Below the pieces are notes generated by a model. The model saw only the letters and a list, made by a program, of their open reading frames with translations, did not search any database and was not told the DNA's origin. Made by a program: the position numbers and the translations under genes. 64,000 nucleotides of DNA from a virus: the IMG/VR virus record IMGVR_UViG_3300025000_000083, positions 1 through 64,000 of that record; one strand, 5' to 3'. Position 1 is the stretch's first letter. Every line of letters starts with the position of its first letter. This document shows, in pieces, positions 47,734 through 58,257 of this stretch.

Positions 47734-48432
47734 TTATCCTTCTTTTATCTTGGCATTTGCATAATTCACAATATCCGACTCACGCAAATTTACTCCAATA
47801 TATTCCAAGCACCGCCTCATTATAGGTATTTTTTCATCCTCTGGCCATTCCAGTTCGGTTGATGTGGCAGCATCATACACAATATACCCATCATGTTCAG
47901 TGTATTGGAATGACGGTGTTGCCGGAAATTTGTAGTAATTTAAATCCGAATTTACTATTGTCAAAGGTCTTATGTGTATTCCATCGCTGCGAATAATTCC
48001 GCAAGGACTTGCAGTTGTTGGTCTCTTGGTATAGTTGCCCTCTCTTGCTGCGAACTCTGCCTCTCTGAGTATCTCTACTGGCTTTGGAAGGGTGGTGGCA
48101 ACACCGTTGATGGTCTTTGAGAAATTATAAACTACTGTCATTAAATGAACGTAGTTGGAAGGAAAGTCCATCACTCCGTTTGTCACAGTTCGGTTTGGCA
48201 GACGCACCTTAAAGGCTTTCATATCGTCAATATTCTTCAGGGTTATCTCCGAACCTTCACTTGCTATCGGTCTTCCTGGTGCGTATTCTTCTGGCAGCCC
48301 ATATTTATCTCTAAAGTGATCTATGTTAGCAGTGGCAATAAGCAAATTGAATCTTTCGGGTGTAACAACCAGCCCGTCAAAGTCCTTGTTTACTATCAGT
48401 TCAATTAACGAATAAATTTGCCCCAATGTCAT
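47734..48432 (-). CDS. Tail ring protein
   Basis: NKD..G..TP..FN...A, P.NY, Y...P..P, GVNLRE. Confidence 0.7.
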   Translation of the reverse strand: MTLGQIYSLIELIVNKDFDGLVVTPERFNLLIATANIDHFRDKYGLPEEYAPGRPIASEGSEITLKNIDDMKAFKVRLPNRTVTNGVMDFPSNYVHLMTVVYNFSKTINGVATTLPKPVEILREAEFAAREGNYTKRPTTASPCGIIRSDGIHIRPLTIVNSDLNYYKFPATPSFQYTEHDGYIVYDAATSTELEWPEDEKIPIMRRCLEYIGVNLRESDIVNYANAKIKEG

Positions 48433-48450
48433 CTCACGTCCCTCCCTATT

Positions 48451-48705
48451 TTATACTTGTTTTGCTGATTCTATTGGATTCTGTTTAATTTGTGCCTGTA
48501 CTGCTACTGGCATGTGTTCAGAGATAAAGTTAGATAATAACTTGACAAATATACTAACCTTCAATGCCCAATCTACATCAGTCCATAATGAACTAATGAC
48601 AAGACTTGCGAATAACAGAAAATCACAAGTAAACTTTATCAACTGAGGCGTTCTGTTTTTCCAGTTTGTAGTACCTATACTGTACTTTGAATTTCCTATC
48701 TGCAT
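48451..48705 (-). CDS. Small membrane protein, holin-like
   Basis: W...TP..I....D.LL followed by TM segments. Confidence 0.5.
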   Translation of the reverse strand: MQIGNSKYSIGTTNWKNRTPQLIKFTCDFLLFASLVISSLWTDVDWALKVSIFVKLLSNFISEHMPVAVQAQIKQNPIESAKQV

Positions 48706-48788
48706 AATTTCAAGAATTAGTTATTTCTTTCTAAACATTAAGTACCACAAAAAAGTTACAATCAAAGACAGTATTAAGAATTTAAGTA

Positions 48789-49316
48789 TCACTTCTTACT
48801 CCTCACTTTTGTAATCACAAACATATAAGCCGAATCAGTAGGCCAGTAATAAATCTTAGTTGTATCATTGAATAACACCGGATCACCTCTTTTGTTAGTT
48901 ATAAACGGAGTGCCAAGATTCTGAGTCTCCTTTTTGATTATTGCCACATCATTGGGCACGGTTTTATTTCTGAGTATATTAAACACTCCAAGCACAATAG
49001 AAACGACAATCCCAAATATCACTATCCATCGTCCGGCACTTGCCTTGCGATCTTCCTTGTCATCTTTTGCCCTTCTATCAAGTGCTTTTTTGCCAGTCAG
49101 CTCATCCCTTAACTCCTCAATAGTATCTTTTTGAACGCAATGAACAACAGAATGCGGAAGGTTCTCGGTAATTTTCAACTCATGTTTAGCCACAGATCCG
49201 TTCAGTCTGGCCAGATGATCGTTTATAGATGTCAACTTATCACTAAGCCCTTCGAATTGAGCCTCTAAATATAGCCGGTAGTCTGAATTGTCTGTCATGG
49301 TTTTATTTATAACCAT
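48789..49316 (-). CDS. Single-TM coiled-coil protein, holin/antiholin-like
   Basis: HL.RLNGSV.KHE plus one TM segment. Confidence 0.5.
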   Translation of the reverse strand: MVINKTMTDNSDYRLYLEAQFEGLSDKLTSINDHLARLNGSVAKHELKITENLPHSVVHCVQKDTIEELRDELTGKKALDRRAKDDKEDRKASAGRWIVIFGIVVSIVLGVFNILRNKTVPNDVAIIKKETQNLGTPFITNKRGDPVLFNDTTKIYYWPTDSAYMFVITKVRSKK

Positions 49317-51136
49317 CCCACTGGTATATCCCCGTAATTACTTATGCTCGTTAAGCTATTACCCGCCCCATTGAAGCAGTCAGTTGATATTAATGGAGAT
49401 GTTTCAACAGGATATGCTGCACCCTGATTAGCTAATTTTGTTGGTACTCCTGTAACGCCTATTATTTCGTCAAGAGCATAATTTCCAGTTACATCTTTTA
49501 GTAGTATTTTCCATGATCCATACCATGCACAGAAAGTACCTGTAACACCGCTTGTTTGCCCTGTAATTATATCACCCGCTACCCATGCAACAGATGGACG
49601 AACGTTAACTTCCCACACTTCAGGGAATACAGCACTCCATAAAGCAGGGGCAGTTCCTTGTGTCCCTGAAAACGAAGACCTATTAATAAATTCCGTAAAA
49701 TCACTCACTCCCGCATACAAAAATCTTGTAGTTAAGTCTGGCCCGAAAATATCTGAACGTAATTGTAATTTTACACAATCTTTAAATGTACCCTCAAATC
49801 CATCCGTTGTGACAAGTAGATTATACCGAAACAAGTCAGGGCATAATGTTTGAAGATTTGAACACCCCTGAAATGTTACAAAAAAGTTATCGTTAAGAGT
49901 ATTATATCTAAACAAGTCTGTTGGTAGAGTTGTAAGCGAGGTGCATGTAATAAATGTTCCTTCAAACGAATGAGTAGATACATTAATATTATACCTGAAT
50001 ATATCTTGTGGTATTGCTGAAAGTGACGAACATCCCTGAAAAGTATCTCTGAAAGCATAAGTGGTACATGTAGTATTATACCTGAATAAATCATCAGGTA
50101 GTGTAACTATTGACGAACATTCCCTAAATGTCTGATTAAATCCCCATATAGTTACGGCTGTATTATATCTGAATAGATCAGCCGGAACGGTTGTTATGGA
50201 GTAACACTGGAAGAAACACATATTAAATGCGTATGTCGTAGCCAGTGTATTATACTTAAACAAGTCTGCCGGAATACTTGCAAGTACGATACAGTGATTA
50301 AATGCACTCTGAAAGGCTGTTGTAGTTATAGCAGTATGATTGTCAAACAATCCGGCAGGAATAGCCGTTAATGTATTACAATTAAAACAGAATTGAGCAA
50401 AACCCTGAGTCAATACCCCTGTTCCGCTTGCAAGTATCTTTCCGGTTCCGAGTGATGTAAGATTAATGCAACCATAAAAAGCACTGTATAGATATTTAAA
50501 CCCATTAAACACCCCGGCAGTACCCCAGTTAATAACCTTTGTGATTTTCAATTTATCACCACCATTATTAAAGCTCCACCCCTCCATTGTACCAGTTATA
50601 TTAACCTGATACGTTCCGTTTGCGGCGTATGTATGCGCCCTTGCTGCATCGTTATAAGCGGTAACTGTCGAATGAGCAGAACCATCACCCCAATCAACAT
50701 CACAGTTATATGCCAAAGCTCCTTCAGTTCTTGTATTCACTAATGGGAGGGTAATAGTTCTTGCAGCGGAATCGCCTGACACAACCCATTCTGTTTTAAA
50801 GCCAATGCCTACAATATTATTTGTAACATTAGCCGTTTCGCCTGTCTTAACAAAAGTAACTACCGGAGTATCACCGTAAACAAAAGCAACTGATACTGTT
50901 AAAGTTAAGACAGAACCAACCCATACGGCTCCTGATATAGTTTTCCCTGCAATAGTAAAATCACTTGCAACTAAAGAAGTTTTTGCAGTCGGGAATGTCA
51001 AAACAACATCAGCTGGTGCAGCATCTTCAACTGTTGCTGAAATCAGTGTCGCCCAGTACGCACTCCATGAAGCACCGGAGCGAGCAATACCTCCTATTCC
51101 GGCATTGATTCCAATGTTAGTATTAATCCGTGGCAT
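49307..51136 (-). CDS. Tail fibre/receptor-binding protein with PKD-like domain and BspA-type LRRs
   Basis: VDWGDGS...HTYA..GTY.V; about 8 repeats of F..C..L..IP.DLFRYN. Confidence 0.7.
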   Translation of the reverse strand: MPRINTNIGINAGIGGIARSGASWSAYWATLISATVEDAAPADVVLTFPTAKTSLVASDFTIAGKTISGAVWVGSVLTLTVSVAFVYGDTPVVTFVKTGETANVTNNIVGIGFKTEWVVSGDSAARTITLPLVNTRTEGALAYNCDVDWGDGSAHSTVTAYNDAARAHTYAANGTYQVNITGTMEGWSFNNGGDKLKITKVINWGTAGVFNGFKYLYSAFYGCINLTSLGTGKILASGTGVLTQGFAQFCFNCNTLTAIPAGLFDNHTAITTTAFQSAFNHCIVLASIPADLFKYNTLATTYAFNMCFFQCYSITTVPADLFRYNTAVTIWGFNQTFRECSSIVTLPDDLFRYNTTCTTYAFRDTFQGCSSLSAIPQDIFRYNINVSTHSFEGTFITCTSLTTLPTDLFRYNTLNDNFFVTFQGCSNLQTLCPDLFRYNLLVTTDGFEGTFKDCVKLQLRSDIFGPDLTTRFLYAGVSDFTEFINRSSFSGTQGTAPALWSAVFPEVWEVNVRPSVAWVAGDIITGQTSGVTGTFCAWYGSWKILLKDVTGNYALDEIIGVTGVPTKLANQGAAYPVETSPLISTDCFNGAGNSLTSISNYGDIPVGWL

Positions 51137-51140
51137 TGGA

Positions 51141-51845
51141 TTATGGTTTTAAATTTATTAATTCCTTTTCTCTCATAGCTCTTATCTTTCGAGAATTGCT
51201 CATTTTTTGTTTGGTGATTTCTGATACTAGTTTATTTATATGAGCTATCTTATTTTTTAAATTAGATTCCGGCTTATGATGTTTCCCGAAGAAGGGATGA
51301 TTTGCATCTGCATATTTCCCTTTTCTTGCATCACTCATCCGCTTCCGAGTATCTTCTGATATTACGTTCTTCATCCCTTTATTCCATGAAGGTTTTCCTG
51401 TTTTTTTACCTTTGTTCCATGCGATCACAACACCTTTAGTACCTTTATTAGAAGGAGACTGTCCTTTATGCGAATTACTCATCTGCTGTATGGTTTCATC
51501 TGAAAAACAATCTTTCTTCCCCTTGTTCCATGGAATCTGCCCCTTAACACCAAACCTGCTCCCTGCAATTTTACATAAATTAAAATAGGGTTTTAATGTA
51601 TCGAGATAATATTGTTCTCTTGCAAGTAAAAACGCAGAAAAGCAGGGTTCTATAATCGTAAATATCAAATCGGATTCTCCGTACTTATTAAAATGGTTTT
51701 TAAACTTAACAGAATGATGTCCTCTCTGTTTAAAATCTCGCAAATGGACTTTCCATCTATCTTTTATATTCATTGCACTCCCGATATAAATCCTTTCGGG
51801 TTTAATCTTAGACTGAATTTGATATATTCCGCTAACCGGGGCCAT
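51141..51845 (-). CDS. GIY-YIG homing endonuclease with NUMOD3 repeats
   Basis: GIYQIQSKIKPERIYIGS; PWNKG repeats. Confidence 0.9.
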   Translation of the reverse strand: MAPVSGIYQIQSKIKPERIYIGSAMNIKDRWKVHLRDFKQRGHHSVKFKNHFNKYGESDLIFTIIEPCFSAFLLAREQYYLDTLKPYFNLCKIAGSRFGVKGQIPWNKGKKDCFSDETIQQMSNSHKGQSPSNKGTKGVVIAWNKGKKTGKPSWNKGMKNVISEDTRKRMSDARKGKYADANHPFFGKHHKPESNLKNKIAHINKLVSEITKQKMSNSRKIRAMREKELINLKP

Positions 51846-51851
51846 TATATT

Positions 51852-52136
51852 TTATTTTAATGGTTGTAGCCATAAGGCCACAGAATCATTTAACCCATTG
51901 AGCGTTATTGATGTTATTGGAGGATTAAACGGGATGTACTCATTCACTATGAGTGCAATATTCTCATTGGAGTCATCTACCACTGCTACTCCTGATTGAG
52001 TAATAGACTTGATTTGGGTGGCATCGACTCTCACAGAACATCCGTATGCCTTATATCCGGTCTTTACTGCGTGTGGCCCGACACCAACAACTGTCTGACG
52101 ACCTTCACTGCCGATAATTTTATTTTCTATCTCCAT
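51852..52136 (-). CDS. Small beta-rich virion protein
   Basis: 94-aa ORF with ITSITL near the C-terminus. Confidence 0.55.
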   Translation of the reverse strand: MEIENKIIGSEGRQTVVGVGPHAVKTGYKAYGCSVRVDATQIKSITQSGVAVVDDSNENIALIVNEYIPFNPPITSITLNGLNDSVALWLQPLK

Positions 52137-52200
52137 GGCTATACGTTTTACGTGTTACTACTTACTTACAAAACTCGCATAAAGTTAAATCATTTCAATG

Positions 52201-52232
52201 AAAAAAGCCGGATTCTCGTTAAAAAATCCGGC
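52201..52232 (-). terminator. Intrinsic terminator
   Basis: GCCGGATT/AATCCGGC stem plus T6. Confidence 0.75.
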
Positions 52233-52262
52233 CTGACATGAAAGCACTCAGAAAAAAGAATA

Positions 52263-53216
52263 TTATTCGTCCCCCTCGCCCTCTTTATCTTTGGGTTTAT
52301 CCTTGCCAGCCTTGGGGTTTTTTGTCAGCAATACAGCCTGTACGTCCTGACGGAATCCCTCGTTTCCAAGGTAATGTTCATACAAGGCTTCATTTGGACT
52401 CTTATCTGGTGGCACTTTGCATATCTGCTCAACACCTTCTTTGGTTTTCCACACCCATCTTTTCATCTTTCCGGTGTTCTCGTAAACCAATATCTGCATG
52501 TCAACAGCTTTCGTTATCGACACCCGTGTCTTGATCTCCTCATCTGCACCTACCATGCGGAAAAACTCATCGGGGCCGTTCTTGGTCTCATTAACCTTAT
52601 TCTCGAGTTGCCACTTGACCTGTGCCAGAGTGTAATCATCAACACCAGGAATGAAGTATGCCTTGGCAACCTCACGTAACTTGACTTCTGATAATCCAAA
52701 GTCCTCGCCATAGAGTAGTCCGTCAATCTTGGTGGCAATACGTTTCTTCTCAGCCCTCTTTTCTGCCTCGGTGACAAGATCCTCAAAGACAAACTTTGGT
52801 GATGTTGACTGCACCAGTTTTGGGTCTGCTTTAAGTTCTTCCTCGCTTATAAGGCGATACTCAGATTTTCTCAGAAGGAAATAGATGAGCTCGATGTCAT
52901 TGCGCTTCAGCCATTTTGAGCCAAAAAACAGGAATTTCTTCGGGGTGTACCTCTTGACTCCTTTTTCATTCACCGTGACATTCTCTGCATATCTCCATAC
53001 CTCCGTACCGTCAGGAGTCTTAACGATGGCTTTTAAATCAAATGAGATGGAGTTGGGTTTGTCAGGTTTGCGGTTGTGCTTCAGTTTGCTTGGAACAATC
53101 CTGTTTGGAGGATACACTACCTTGACCGGGAATTTGCCGTGAAAATACTTTTCAATCTTCTTAATCTCTTCTGGTCTGGTTCTTAAATCATAGATTTCAT
53201 CATTTTTGTATAACAT
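52263..53216 (-). CDS. crAss-like structural-module protein downstream of MCP
   Basis: Synteny; F.FED...EA.... Confidence 0.55.
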   Translation of the reverse strand: MLYKNDEIYDLRTRPEEIKKIEKYFHGKFPVKVVYPPNRIVPSKLKHNRKPDKPNSISFDLKAIVKTPDGTEVWRYAENVTVNEKGVKRYTPKKFLFFGSKWLKRNDIELIYFLLRKSEYRLISEEELKADPKLVQSTSPKFVFEDLVTEAEKRAEKKRIATKIDGLLYGEDFGLSEVKLREVAKAYFIPGVDDYTLAQVKWQLENKVNETKNGPDEFFRMVGADEEIKTRVSITKAVDMQILVYENTGKMKRWVWKTKEGVEQICKVPPDKSPNEALYEHYLGNEGFRQDVQAVLLTKNPKAGKDKPKDKEGEGDE

Positions 53217-53280
53217 AGCTATTAATATTAAAGAAGATGGGATGAAGTTCCCCTCATCCCTCTCCTGTGGTTACAAAACC

Positions 53281-54654
53281 TTAAACTGCTTCCAGAATGA
53301 CCATCTGGTTTCCACCTCTCTGGTGTGCACCAATATGGCATCTCTGGTATGTGTTGCGTTCATCAATGTCAGTCACTTTCAGACCTTCACCTGCACCGCC
53401 TACCTGCCAAACTTCCATTCTCCGGCTGTACTTGCCAAGAGCACGGTAACGAGTACCAATGCTGTCAACCATATTACCGGATTTGGGGTCTTTTTTCTTG
53501 TTCAGGGGAAGGAATACTCCCATCTTACGTGCAGAATAACCGTCTGCTCCTGCGAGCTTCTTGTTATTGAATCCGCCCATTCTCTTGAACATAAATGTCC
53601 TTTCTGATTTTGTCAGATAGGTGAAGTTCACCGATGCACTCAGAGCCTCGTTTGACTTGAACAGAACCTCGTTGGTTGCCTGCTTTGCAAACTGGATGTT
53701 GGTGTTCTGGAAATAAGCCACAAGAGCATTCTCGATGTCCTGATGCAGTGATATGCCAAGCAGTCCGAGAATATGGTTTCCTGCAAACTCCCTGTCAAGG
53801 GTGTTGCTCATCTCGTCAAACTCATCCACGGTAAATGCACCATCAACACTTGTCTGCTCATTTCCTACTCGTCTGATGTAAGGAATAAGACCTTCTGTGG
53901 TCTTGATTGGACGACCTGTATCAGGGTCAGTGATAACGTTAGTTGACCTCTTCTGCCAAAGCAAAGCACCATCAATTTTCAGTGCCAAGCGGTAGTCAAG
54001 ATCAATCTGTCCTTTGAAATAGAATGCCGGAAGTGCCTGTCCTTCGCTGGTCACAGTTACCCATGACTGATTCACCATCTCCGAACCTGTAACCCCCATG
54101 GATTCCTTTATGATCTGAGCATCGTTATCATATTCCCATGTGCCGGATACTGCGCCTGCTGGCTGTCCTGATCCTTCTGAGAAACCACTGGATGTGATTA
54201 TCAGTTCTTCTCCCGCTGTGAGTGCAGGGAACTGGTCGGTTATCTCATTAAGCCTTACGGTGATTATGGGTGCTGCCGGAACGGTCACGTCAAGGTCAAT
54301 CACTGACCCTGTAACTTCATTCGGAAACATCATAATGTCCCAAAGCCTAACATAAAAATTATTATTTGCATCAAGGTCAACCGGATCGAGTGTGAACGAT
54401 ATATTCGCTCCGACTGCGGGTTGTCCCACGTTTGCCAAAACATGAACTACCTCGTGAACATGATTGTCCTCAAAGTGTCCGTATGTGTCGTTCGCTACAG
54501 GGGATTCAAATCCCATGGATCTGATCAACTGAAAATAGCTTGCGCCCTGATCACCAAACCTGCTAAACAGGGTATTCAGAATCTCTGGCTTGTGAAGGTC
54601 AAAGTTTGAAATGATGTCCGAGGCGTATATTTGAGCAATAGCTTCTGGTCCCAT
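53281..54654 (-). CDS. Major capsid protein (crAss-like)
   Basis: 457 aa; E..N..QIIKES..V.GS.M....WV, T.GL.P.I..GN; synteny TerL-portal-scaffold-MCP. Confidence 0.85.
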   Translation of the reverse strand: MGPEAIAQIYASDIISNFDLHKPEILNTLFSRFGDQGASYFQLIRSMGFESPVANDTYGHFEDNHVHEVVHVLANVGQPAVGANISFTLDPVDLDANNNFYVRLWDIMMFPNEVTGSVIDLDVTVPAAPIITVRLNEITDQFPALTAGEELIITSSGFSEGSGQPAGAVSGTWEYDNDAQIIKESMGVTGSEMVNQSWVTVTSEGQALPAFYFKGQIDLDYRLALKIDGALLWQKRSTNVITDPDTGRPIKTTEGLIPYIRRVGNEQTSVDGAFTVDEFDEMSNTLDREFAGNHILGLLGISLHQDIENALVAYFQNTNIQFAKQATNEVLFKSNEALSASVNFTYLTKSERTFMFKRMGGFNNKKLAGADGYSARKMGVFLPLNKKKDPKSGNMVDSIGTRYRALGKYSRRMEVWQVGGAGEGLKVTDIDERNTYQRCHIGAHQRGGNQMVILEAV

Positions 54655-54721
54655 TGTATTAAAATTTTTTAATGAATACTATTTAACAATACATTGCCTC
54701 TTGTGATTACTGTCTTAAAAA

Positions 54722-55903
54722 TTACTTGCCCATCTCAATGTTGTAGGCCGCCTGCCTCTGTTCCTCCAACTTATCCTTTCCTCCTGTGGGCGGTGGAGCA
54801 TCGGTGTTCTTTTTTGAAGGATTATGGTAAACTTTCAATATCTCCTCCTCAGTAAGACTTCTTGCACGCTCAAATATGGCATGGTAGATGTCCTCCCTGT
54901 GAGTAAATAGTATATCGGAGTACATTGCGCCTGCTACACTCTTTACATTATCCTCATTAACTTCCAACTGGTTGCTAACTACATAATCAAGGGCGTTTTG
55001 CAGTATTGACTTCCTCGTCTCCTCTGGTAATACAAAGTTGACAATTGGTTCCTTGGCTCCTTTAAGGACTATTGGAATCTTTGCAAACTCCTCACCCATC
55101 TTTTCGTTTACCGATGACCATACGGACTTCTGTTTGGTCTCAATTTCAGGCGTCCACTTTTTTGATGCCATGGCTTCTTCTGCCACGGGTTCAGGCATCT
55201 TGATCTTGCCTTTCAGTTCAAGAAGTTTCCCTTTGGCTTTCTCAGCTTCAATCTGCAAATCCATCTGGTTGTACTTCAATTCCTGCTCGGTAAGTTCTCC
55301 TGCCTCTACTTTTGCTTTGTCCACATTGTATTTCCTCTCGAAATACCCTCGTATCTCCTGTGGACTTTCGCTTGCAAGACGTGGATTCTCAATAACATGA
55401 TACAGCGATAACGCATCTATGTCAGACATATTTGCTAAGTCGGCTGCATTTAGTTTGTTGAAAACCGTAACGTCTTTGATGCCCGTCTCCCTTACAAACT
55501 CATTCATCTTGGCAATGTCATCATTTGCAAACTGATGCTTTGGTTTTGCCTTAACGAGTGCGTCAAGTTCCTGGTTCTTCTGTCTCAGAGTCACCAGTTC
55601 TTGAAGTGATGCGGGTATATTTGCTTTTTTAAAATCCTCAACCGTCTTAAACTGATCTCCCCACATCTCGTGGAGCATGTCAGTGCGGATAGTCTCTGGA
55701 TCGGATACGTTCTTTGACTTATCTTCCGGCTTGATCTCCTCGGGTTTTTTCTCCTCTGGCTTTTTTTCTTCCGGGTTTTTCTCTATTACAGGTGTTTCTA
55801 CTCCCTTAATTTTGTTCAACTGTGCCGTTATTGATGCCTGATCCACTCCCTGTACTTCTAAGAGTGCGTTCATCTCTGCGTCTCTGCCGTCATTCTTTGC
55901 CAT
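54722..55903 (-). CDS. Scaffold-like protein
   Basis: Charged coiled coil with (K)PEEK repeats; TAAATTTG promoter element just upstream. Confidence 0.65.
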   Translation of the reverse strand: MAKNDGRDAEMNALLEVQGVDQASITAQLNKIKGVETPVIEKNPEEKKPEEKKPEEIKPEDKSKNVSDPETIRTDMLHEMWGDQFKTVEDFKKANIPASLQELVTLRQKNQELDALVKAKPKHQFANDDIAKMNEFVRETGIKDVTVFNKLNAADLANMSDIDALSLYHVIENPRLASESPQEIRGYFERKYNVDKAKVEAGELTEQELKYNQMDLQIEAEKAKGKLLELKGKIKMPEPVAEEAMASKKWTPEIETKQKSVWSSVNEKMGEEFAKIPIVLKGAKEPIVNFVLPEETRKSILQNALDYVVSNQLEVNEDNVKSVAGAMYSDILFTHREDIYHAIFERARSLTEEEILKVYHNPSKKNTDAPPPTGGKDKLEEQRQAAYNIEMGK

Positions 55904-55941
55904 AGTGTCTATTTATTTTAGGTTCTACAAATTTATAAAAC

Positions 55942-58236
55942 TTATGATACGGGTACTGCCGATTCTACCTCTGATGTCTTTTCGATGATATTAAGAGAGC
56001 TCTGTAATCCAAGTTTTTCCATGTCTCTTTCGTGTTGCAACTTGGCATATTTCTCATCAATCTGCTTTTTAGCATCATAAACTCTTATTTCCTCATCTGA
56101 CTTAACTTTTTCCTCAGCTTTTAAAAGTTCATCTTTCAGCTTAATTGCTTCTTGTTCCCGTTGTTTATCCAAGTTCATGTTAGCTTCTTGTAACTTCTGC
56201 TGTCTTTCCTTATTCTTTTTGGTTTTGTGGTTCAAGAATGCCTCTGCGTATTTCAAACTACCTCCTTCAAGAAGTCTTTCGATCATCAAAAAGTCGGCCA
56301 ACTCAATCCCGATTATACCATCCCGGTCAGGATTCATTGCCTGTACTGCTGCCTGACGGATGATCTCTTTCCTCTCTTTCGTGGGTTTTGCCTCATATTT
56401 GATGTAATAATCAGCATCCACGGTGTCTGCGCCTACGCTTATAACCTGCACCCCTATTGTGCCTATCACGGGCATATAACCCTTATAAGCCTCTTTATCA
56501 TGGGCAATAAGCAATTGTAATCTCAGAGAGATGTTCCTTGCCGTTTGCTCCTTAATGTCAATATAGCCACTGTAAATAGGTCTGAGTGCGTTATTAGTTG
56601 CTGCAAGTGCCATTTCCGACCCTCCTACCGACATCTCGGGATTAGGTGCGGATGCGTCTGCAATCTGATTTATGCCTGTAAGTTCACGTATAGCATTGGT
56701 GTTGAACTCGAATAATGTCAGGAACTCATTTAGCTGTGCGCCTATGCCTCCCTGTAACTCCTGTATCGGGTTTCTGCCTGCAGGGAGATTGGGATTACCC
56801 TTATGTGTGGTGGCTTTCCAGATCAAGTCTCCGGTTTGCCTCTTGATCTTTAATATCTCCAATGGCTGCATCTTGTTTGTGCCAAGGGTCATATTTTGAA
56901 GTGACGTGAACTCAATGGCAATACCCGGAGGTGATGCCATGGCTATTGCGTTCTGCAGCTTATAAAATCCGAGTGCCATCTGGTCAAGATGTGCTTCTGA
57001 CAAACTTACCAGTGACCTGTATGGTAGTTTGTAAAGGTGATATGACAACTCCACTTCTTTCTTGCCCGGACGTGGCACATCATACTGCAAGCCAAAATCA
57101 TAAACATAACCGGAACCGATAATCCACTTGCACTTATAAACAACTTTTATGTCAAACTTCTCAGTTTTCTTCTTATCGGTGTTATAGACTTTTCCAAACT
57201 CCTCATCATACATGTTCTCTGTACCATCAGGTGCTTTTCTCTTGGTCTTATACTTGCTGTTTACCGAGAACCATTCTGCATCCATGACATCAACAAGAAA
57301 TCCGTCATAGTTGCCTGTGTGCATATCGTCATCGTAACTGTAACTGTCAAGGGATGGGTTACCTCCTACTCCTCCATACTGCTTTGCCAATGCCTGTAAT
57401 TCGCTTTCGGGAATATCGGGGTTAAGTTTACGAAGGTCTGATATTGTTACTTGGATGATCTCGCCACCATATTCCATGTTGCGGTGGTCATTGTGCTTTG
57501 AGTATTGACCTACAAAGACTCCGGGGTCAACATATCGCACATTTACTTTCTTGGTGTACTGATCGGTATAGTCCTTTGTTGCTGCACAGTTGATTACGCA
57601 AAAGTCACGTATGATCTGTTTCTTAATCTCTTTCCACTGTGATATGTAGAATGTATAGTCAAGTCCCTGCTCGATCTCTGTCTCCTTGGCAAGTTTAAAT
57701 CCCCCTGCTCCTTCATACAGATTCAGCTCTTCCATTGACTCAGGCACGTATTCACCTGACCGGTCAATTCCCATGGATTTGTCAATATAGTCAAGTGTCT
57801 CTTTGAACTTCATCCGGTACTGCATATCCAGTTTTGCAGATTCTTTTTCTTCGGTGCTGGATGGGTCAACGGCTGTGGCTACCACCTGATGATCGGTCTG
57901 CTCCATCATGCCCTCAACCACTCTCAGGAACTTAGGCATCACAGAATATACCTCCCAACTGATGTTCATATATCCGGTGACTGCGCCATTGGCTTCACTT
58001 ACGTCAACTAATATTTTCTGGTATTTAAGGGGACTCTGACGACCATCTGCAAGTAACCTCAGATGCTTTATTTCATCAATGGCACTGTAAGGGATGGCTG
58101 TTTTGCCCTGTCGCCAGCGAGCATACATGGCTTCACACCACTGTTTGCCCCATTTTTCATTCTTATCATCTGGATTGATGTCGTCTTTTGGAAAGGCATA
58201 TCCACCTTTTATGTATTGCTCAAATGCGACTGCCAT
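55942..58236 (-). CDS. Portal protein (crAss-like)
   Basis: G.Q...KY, Y.NI.W....V.PKF..VV.G, YVDP, IRELTGIN...DAS.P. Confidence 0.88.
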   Translation of the reverse strand: MAVAFEQYIKGGYAFPKDDINPDDKNEKWGKQWCEAMYARWRQGKTAIPYSAIDEIKHLRLLADGRQSPLKYQKILVDVSEANGAVTGYMNISWEVYSVMPKFLRVVEGMMEQTDHQVVATAVDPSSTEEKESAKLDMQYRMKFKETLDYIDKSMGIDRSGEYVPESMEELNLYEGAGGFKLAKETEIEQGLDYTFYISQWKEIKKQIIRDFCVINCAATKDYTDQYTKKVNVRYVDPGVFVGQYSKHNDHRNMEYGGEIIQVTISDLRKLNPDIPESELQALAKQYGGVGGNPSLDSYSYDDDMHTGNYDGFLVDVMDAEWFSVNSKYKTKRKAPDGTENMYDEEFGKVYNTDKKKTEKFDIKVVYKCKWIIGSGYVYDFGLQYDVPRPGKKEVELSYHLYKLPYRSLVSLSEAHLDQMALGFYKLQNAIAMASPPGIAIEFTSLQNMTLGTNKMQPLEILKIKRQTGDLIWKATTHKGNPNLPAGRNPIQELQGGIGAQLNEFLTLFEFNTNAIRELTGINQIADASAPNPEMSVGGSEMALAATNNALRPIYSGYIDIKEQTARNISLRLQLLIAHDKEAYKGYMPVIGTIGVQVISVGADTVDADYYIKYEAKPTKERKEIIRQAAVQAMNPDRDGIIGIELADFLMIERLLEGGSLKYAEAFLNHKTKKNKERQQKLQEANMNLDKQREQEAIKLKDELLKAEEKVKSDEEIRVYDAKKQIDEKYAKLQHERDMEKLGLQSSLNIIEKTSEVESAVPVS

Positions 58237-58257
58237 GTGTTAGAAATTTGAGTAAAG

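Noticed and set aside
55725-55780. 15-nt repeats in the scaffold gene
   Set aside because: In-frame PEEKK low-complexity linker, ordinary for scaffold proteins
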